Shown here piece after piece: positions 27,455 through 32,000 of a stretch of DNA of 32,000 nt (position 1 is the stretch's first letter; each line of letters opens with the position of its first letter). The notes below the pieces were generated by a model that made no database searches, was not told where the DNA came from, and saw nothing but the letters and a program-made list of their open reading frames with translations. Source of the DNA: Candidatus Baldrarchaeota archaeon (lineage in GTDB: Archaea > Asgardarchaeota > Baldrarchaeia > Baldrarchaeales > DXJG01); contig DXJG01000002.1 of the NCBI GenBank assembly GCA_019056805.1, positions 463,103 to 495,102 of the forward strand. Direction: 5' to 3'. Position numbers and translations under genes: made by a program.

Positions 27455-27966
27455 GTGGAGAGTACATCCTAAAAGTTGTTGTAGTAGGAGACTTAGCTGT
27501 AGGAAAAACAAGTTTAGTCATTAGATACGCAGAAAACAAGTTTCCAACAAGTTACAAACCGACAATAGGAGCAGACATAATGGTTAAAATGGTGGATCTC
27601 AAAGGAAAGAAAATTAGACTTGCGATCTGGGATATAGCTGGACATGAAACTTTCCAGAAGATAAGGCGTTACTATTATCAAGGAGCTGCAGGCGCGCTAA
27701 TACTTTATGATGTAACAAATCCAGAATCATTTGAACACGTAAAAGATTGGTACGATGATGTAGTCACTCATTGCGGAAAAATACCCATTGTCCTAATTGG
27801 AAATAAAATAGATTTGAAAGATCAAAGAAAAATAACAACAGAACAAGGTGTGAAAAAAGCTGATGATATGGGTCTAGTAAAATTCATCGAAACAAGTGCA
27901 AAAACCGGTACAAATGTACACAACGCCTTTGTATCAATAATAGAAGAAGTGCTAAAAATATCATAA
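27451..27966 (+). CDS. Rab-like small GTPase (minimal G-domain)
   Basis: GDLAVGKTS, PTIGADI, WDIAGHE, YYQGA, LYDVT, GNKID and ETSAK. The TTG start overlaps the TrmB TGA stop (TTGA). Confidence 0.93.
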   Translation: MSGEYILKVVVVGDLAVGKTSLVIRYAENKFPTSYKPTIGADIMVKMVDLKGKKIRLAIWDIAGHETFQKIRRYYYQGAAGALILYDVTNPESFEHVKDWYDDVVTHCGKIPIVLIGNKIDLKDQRKITTEQGVKKADDMGLVKFIETSAKTGTNVHNAFVSIIEEVLKIS

Positions 27967-28249
27967 AACGAGTAGCAATAATACTTCCATAACTTTCATC
28001 CAGTTCCCCCAATAGACTGCTATTGTACCTTTTATTAGCTATTAAACTAAAACTGATTGTAACAACAATTTTAACTAATTTCAAAGGCCTAGCCCATTAC
28101 CAGAATTTTTTTGAATACTCAAATCTATGTTTAATGCTATGTAGTGAAAACAAGATGAAATATACTGTGGTGAGGACTCTACGAAAAAATAATTAACAAA
28201 TTAAGATTTAATGAGAAATATTTGTTAGTTGCTAGCCTTAAATACCAAG

Positions 28250-29599
28250 CTATGTATTCTTCTTAAAATTTGAAAATATGTCGTGAATTTCTTTTCTCCA
28301 CATTTCAAAGTCCTCTGGCCCAGGATAGCTTTGATAGAGCTGCTTAACCCTTTTCATAATATTTGCAACTTCCCTAAGTTTCTGTAGAAAAGATAATCTT
28401 CTAATTCCCCTGAAAAATCTAATAGCCCTCTCTGTTATATTTAACCTTAAGTCCTCACCCAAATTCGCCTTTAATATATCTTGTTCCGTAACCAACTTAT
28501 GTTTCATACCCCAGTTTAATTCTTCATCACCTAATTTCTGAAGAAACCATCTGAAAATATCCAACGAAGCTTGCTTAGCACCGTATTCCTGCATAAACTT
28601 TACATTATAGCTCCATAACCCCTCCCTACTAAAGTCCTCTTTCTCCAAAGCTTTAACAGCAGTTTCCCCAGCAATTTTACCAGCAATCATCGAAGGACCA
28701 ATACCACCACCATGCACAGGATTCACTTGAAAAGCAGCATCACCAACAAACATAACACCATTTGCAACCAAACAATCCAAAGGTCTTCTCGTTGGAACAG
28801 CTCCTCCTCCACCATGAACAATTTTTGACCCTTCGAAAATCTCTTGATTTAACACATATTCATAAATCTGCTTCTTAGGGTTTGGCGCATTTGGACCACT
28901 CTGAACACCTAGCCCAACATTAACTATAATCCCATCCTTTTTAGGAAATATCCAATAATACCCACCAGGAGCGATAGCTTGAGATAAGTAAATTTTCGCA
29001 TAGACAGGAGTTTCTATCGGTTCTTTCAATTCTCTAATCTCTCTATAAGCAACAATAAGATCTTCTTGCAAAATTTCCTTTTCCACACCAAAATCAGACG
29101 GTAATCTCTTACGAATAACTCCAGCAACACCACTAGCATCAATAACAATATCCGCTTCTATACTCGTCTTTTCTCCATCGTTTCGAACCACAACCCCCTT
29201 TACAAAACGATCCATAACTATTGGCTCTATTACGGTAGTATTGTCCATTAACTCTGCTCCAGCATCTAACGCTTCCCTAAGCAATCGTTGACCAAAACGA
29301 TGTCTGTTTACACCAAAACCCTCAAGTCTCTCCCCTTTTACCTTAAATACGGTCTCGAGGTCAGGTGAATATATTTCAATACCTTCAAATACGCTTTCTA
29401 ATTCCTCTCCTTTTGGATAAGATAAGCCTAAATTGTCAAAATGATGTCTCCCTATAGCATCTCCGCACACTTTGTCTCCTATTTTTTCCTTAGGTTTCCT
29501 ATCAATTAAAAGAACTTTCAATCCTCTTCTTGCCGCTTCTCTTGCCGCCATTGTACCGCCTGTACCAGCACCAACAACTACAACATCAAATTTACTCAT
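28250..29599 (-). CDS. Geranylgeranyl reductase family flavoprotein (digeranylgeranylglycerophospholipid reductase-like)
   Basis: DVVVVGAGTGG, KVCGDAI, PGGYYWIFPK, and VGDAAFQVNPVHGGGI. Confidence 0.92.
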   Translation of the reverse strand: MSKFDVVVVGAGTGGTMAAREAARRGLKVLLIDRKPKEKIGDKVCGDAIGRHHFDNLGLSYPKGEELESVFEGIEIYSPDLETVFKVKGERLEGFGVNRHRFGQRLLREALDAGAELMDNTTVIEPIVMDRFVKGVVVRNDGEKTSIEADIVIDASGVAGVIRKRLPSDFGVEKEILQEDLIVAYREIRELKEPIETPVYAKIYLSQAIAPGGYYWIFPKKDGIIVNVGLGVQSGPNAPNPKKQIYEYVLNQEIFEGSKIVHGGGGAVPTRRPLDCLVANGVMFVGDAAFQVNPVHGGGIGPSMIAGKIAGETAVKALEKEDFSREGLWSYNVKFMQEYGAKQASLDIFRWFLQKLGDEELNWGMKHKLVTEQDILKANLGEDLRLNITERAIRFFRGIRRLSFLQKLREVANIMKRVKQLYQSYPGPEDFEMWRKEIHDIFSNFKKNT

Positions 29600-29967
29600 T
29601 TAAATAACCCCCATTAAAGAAACAATTTTACAACGAATCTCATCAACCTAACGTATTCCCTTGGTAGAAAATAAAAGTGTCACAATTATATTTTAGCCTT
29701 ACTACTCAGACCTTTACAAACAAATCATAAATCATCTAAACTTTGCTATTAACATCGACATTAAATAACCACGTCAAAATAGTCCCCCTGCTTTTGTTTT
29801 ATGCGGCCTTTCTAAATTACTTTTGTAAAAGTTTTTAGCTCGAGGAGATAGAACAAAACCCCAATATATTTACCTAATATTTATCCTTAGTTAGAATATT
29901 GTTTAGGAATCTTTATAAGGGTGTTTAGGGTAACATGGTTTTAACTTTAAAATAACGGTGTTGCGTT

Positions 29968-30390
29968 TTGGCGGAAGGTAAAGAAAAAGTAATTGTAAAC
30001 GTTATCTGGAAAGGAAAAAACGAACTTGAAGCAGATATAAGAGGAGCAAAATTAATTGTAAGAACAGTTGAAGAAGAGGAGAGGGGCCCGACAGCATCAG
30101 AGTTACTATTAGCAGCGCTTGGAAGTAGTTTAGCAACAGAATTACTTAAAGAAGCTAGAAAAATGAGAGTCTCCATCAACAATGTAGAAATTAAAGTAAA
30201 AGGAGTTCAAACAGGCAAGAAAATCCCAAGATTTACAGACATTAATGTACAAGTATCAACAACTACAGTTCAAGGTGAAGATACAAAGAAACTACAAGAA
30301 TTAGTAAGGCGGTTAGAAAGAAACTCCATAGTAAGTAACACATTAAAAGAACAGACAAAAGTAAGGGTAAAAACAACCTTTGAAACATAG
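29968..30390 (+). CDS. OsmC/Ohr-fold protein lacking cysteines
   Basis: GPTASELLLAALGSS and LERNSIVSNTL match the OsmC motifs but have Ser at the Cys positions. Confidence 0.75.
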   Translation: MAEGKEKVIVNVIWKGKNELEADIRGAKLIVRTVEEEERGPTASELLLAALGSSLATELLKEARKMRVSINNVEIKVKGVQTGKKIPRFTDINVQVSTTTVQGEDTKKLQELVRRLERNSIVSNTLKEQTKVRVKTTFET

Positions 30391-30415
30391 AGAATTCTGA
30401 AATCGAAATTACCAA

Positions 30416-30955
30416 GTGATATACATGAGTGAAACTTCGAAAAAACATAAAGAAGAAGCTCCAAAAAAACTTACATTTGCAGTAATAACAGTAAGCTCAT
30501 CAAGATACGAAAAACAAATGAAAGGAGAAAAAGCAGCAGACATTTCAGGCAATCTAATAATTAAATTATTAAAAAACGCTAACCACGACGTAAAATTATA
30601 TAAAATAATTCCTGATGATATACTTGAAATAAGAAAAACATTAACAGACGCAATACATGAACATAAAATTGACGTTATAATATTTTCAGGTGGAACCGGA
30701 GTTTCAAAGAAAGATGTAACAATAGAAGCTATCTTACCTCTACTTGAAAAAGATATTCCAGGATTCGGAGAAATATTTAGATTTTTATCATTTCAAGAAA
30801 TAGGAACAGCAACCATCGTTACAAGAGCTATAGCCGGAATTTATAGAAATACCTTAATTTTTTGTATTCCAGGTTCACCGCAGGCAGCAAAACTAGCAGT
30901 TGAAAAACTAATTTTACCGGAAGCACCTCACATAATAAAACACACAAAAGAATAA
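30416..30955 (+). CDS. moaB: Molybdenum cofactor biosynthesis protein MoaB/MogA family
   Basis: AVITVSSSR, DISG, IIPDD, SGGTGVSKKDVTIEA, PGFGEIFR and FCIPGSP. Start may be ATG 30425. Confidence 0.93.
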   Translation: MIYMSETSKKHKEEAPKKLTFAVITVSSSRYEKQMKGEKAADISGNLIIKLLKNANHDVKLYKIIPDDILEIRKTLTDAIHEHKIDVIIFSGGTGVSKKDVTIEAILPLLEKDIPGFGEIFRFLSFQEIGTATIVTRAIAGIYRNTLIFCIPGSPQAAKLAVEKLILPEAPHIIKHTKE

Positions 30956-30991
30956 AAGAATAAGAGATAAAGAGTGATAGCGAAGCTATTG

Positions 30992-31168
30992 CTATTCAAA
31001 TGATATGGCGTTGTTTGGACAAGCTGCTTCACATGCTTGGCACTCACTACATTCATCTGGGTTAGCTACGTATGCTTTGTCATCTTGAATCTCTAGAACA
31101 CCCATTGGACATGTATCGATACATGTTCCGCATCCAGTACATTTCTCTAAATCAATTTTCGGCGGCAT
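30992..31168 (-). CDS. 2[4Fe-4S] ferredoxin, 58 aa (not in ORF track)
   Basis: MPPKIDLEKCTGCGTCIDTCPMGVLEIQDDKAYVANPDECSECQACEAACPNNAISFE has two CxxCxxCxxxCP motifs; GAGGTGA SD upstream. Confidence 0.95.
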   Translation of the reverse strand: MPPKIDLEKCTGCGTCIDTCPMGVLEIQDDKAYVANPDECSECQACEAACPNNAISFE

Positions 31169-31459
31169 AGCTATTCACCTCAAAAACCTAACTTCAAATA
31201 CCAATATAAATTTTAGTACTCAAAATCGGGAAGATTAAGTTAAATCTAATCAAACCTAATACTATGGAAATACGTCTTTAACTTATAACTAAGTAAAAAC
31301 TGTTATATCCAAACGATTTACAAATAATTGCTAAATTATCACAAAGCATAATATTCCGTTTTTAAATTATAATTTACAGTAAAAAGATACTCAGGCTATA
31401 ATCGTTCAGAAATATATTAGCGTCTTTATAACGAGTTATGGTCCCATTGAGGTGTTTTT

Positions 31460-31894
31460 ATGAAGCTTCTAAGGATTAATGCTGGCGATAGAAGGGCAAA
31501 GGAGAAGGGAAAACTTCTCATACACGGCGAATGTATAAAAGATATGTGGCCACAATTTTTTGAAAAATTTTCGGAAGACCATTTTCCTGCTGCGGTGTGT
31601 TTAGAAGCAGAACACATGAATATGGTTGCCTTCAAATTAGCTACAATAATAAAAAACATAAAACCAAAAGAAGTAACAGTTCTAACGGTAGACGGTTCAC
31701 CGCATTGCGTTCAACTTCATATGATGGTAGAGGAAGTTAGAAAAATAGTAGAAAACTTAAGCCCCCATACAAATTACAAATATTATGTCGTAAATAAAGG
31801 AGAACTAATAGAAATACCTAGAGAATGCATAAAAACCAGTAGATACCTATCAAAAATAAAAAAATTAATTAAAACAAAACCAAAATACCAATAA
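31460..31894 (+). CDS. Conserved hypothetical protein, putative Fe-S/metal-binding
   Basis: GKLLIHGECI, VCLEAEH and VTVLTVDGSPHCVQLH resemble the domain often attached to ferredoxins in anaerobes (recalled, not searched). GAGGTG SD upstream. Confidence 0.55.
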   Translation: MKLLRINAGDRRAKEKGKLLIHGECIKDMWPQFFEKFSEDHFPAAVCLEAEHMNMVAFKLATIIKNIKPKEVTVLTVDGSPHCVQLHMMVEEVRKIVENLSPHTNYKYYVVNKGELIEIPRECIKTSRYLSKIKKLIKTKPKYQ

Positions 31895-31920
31895 CATTTA
31901 GAGTAGAGAGTGAATAAACC

Positions 31921-32000
31921 TTGAAAGTAGAACTCATAAGTTATACCCCGAATCCAGAACTACTTGTAGCCTCAGCTGCCAGAACATGCTACTCAAAAAA
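31921..32000 (+). CDS. thyX: Flavin-dependent thymidylate synthase, N-terminal fragment (truncated by window edge)
   Basis: TTG start, MKVELISYTPNPELLVASAARTCYSK, the typical ThyX N-terminus. Only 26 codons are visible. Confidence 0.72.
   Translation, partial: MKVELISYTPNPELLVASAARTCYSK

Noticed and set aside
27884-28250. Possible gene or RNA between the GTPase and the reductase (66-aa minus ORF; other frames checked)
   Set aside because: The ORF overlaps the GTPase 3' end, and there is no SD, protein motif, or C/D or tRNA structure.
1373-31659. Numerous short ORFs nested in or antisense to long genes (for example 2553-2741, 5309-5596, 17476-17868, 19026-19640, 22784-23095, 31426-31659)
   Set aside because: They overlap well-supported genes on the other strand or frame, have Ser/Phe/Ile-rich shadow composition, and show no motifs.
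1-32000. CRISPR arrays, IS elements, integrases, tRNA or rRNA genes
   Set aside because: No regularly spaced repeats, transposase or integrase motifs, cloverleaf signatures or long GC-rich RNA islands were seen by eye.

Overview
AT-rich archaeal chromosomal window, densely coding, with no rRNA, tRNA, CRISPR array or mobile element seen. The housekeeping genes are archaeal: archaeosine TGT with PUA domain, ATP-dependent DNA ligase, type IA topoisomerase, geranylgeranyl reductase, protein disulfide oxidoreductase, ThiF/E1-like enzyme, MoaB, and the start of ThyX. Among them are several eukaryote-like signature proteins: two Rab-like small GTPases, a probable gelsolin-domain protein and three paralogous longin/uDENN-like proteins. 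This mix points to an Asgard archaeon (inference; the exact lineage cannot be determined here). The most interesting region is 21190-27966. A GvpD/KaiC-type tandem ATPase is flanked by two closely related longin/uDENN-like genes (FDxxLGP motif). A third, shorter paralog lies upstream of a TrmB-family sensor whose stop overlaps the start of a Rab-like GTPase with a switch-II Gln-to-His change. This may be an undescribed proto-eukaryotic GTPase signalling module. Features absent from the ORF track: a box C/D guide RNA at about 24280-24332 (predicted to target 16S rRNA, U52-equivalent), a 58-aa 2[4Fe-4S] ferredoxin, the window-truncated ThiF and ThyX genes, a shared GGAAA-N14-TTTCC operator linking an XRE regulator to an ABC transporter operon, and an N-terminal extension of the disulfide oxidoreductase that needs a CTG start or amber read-through. 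All protein assignments come from motif recognition by eye; no database search was run.
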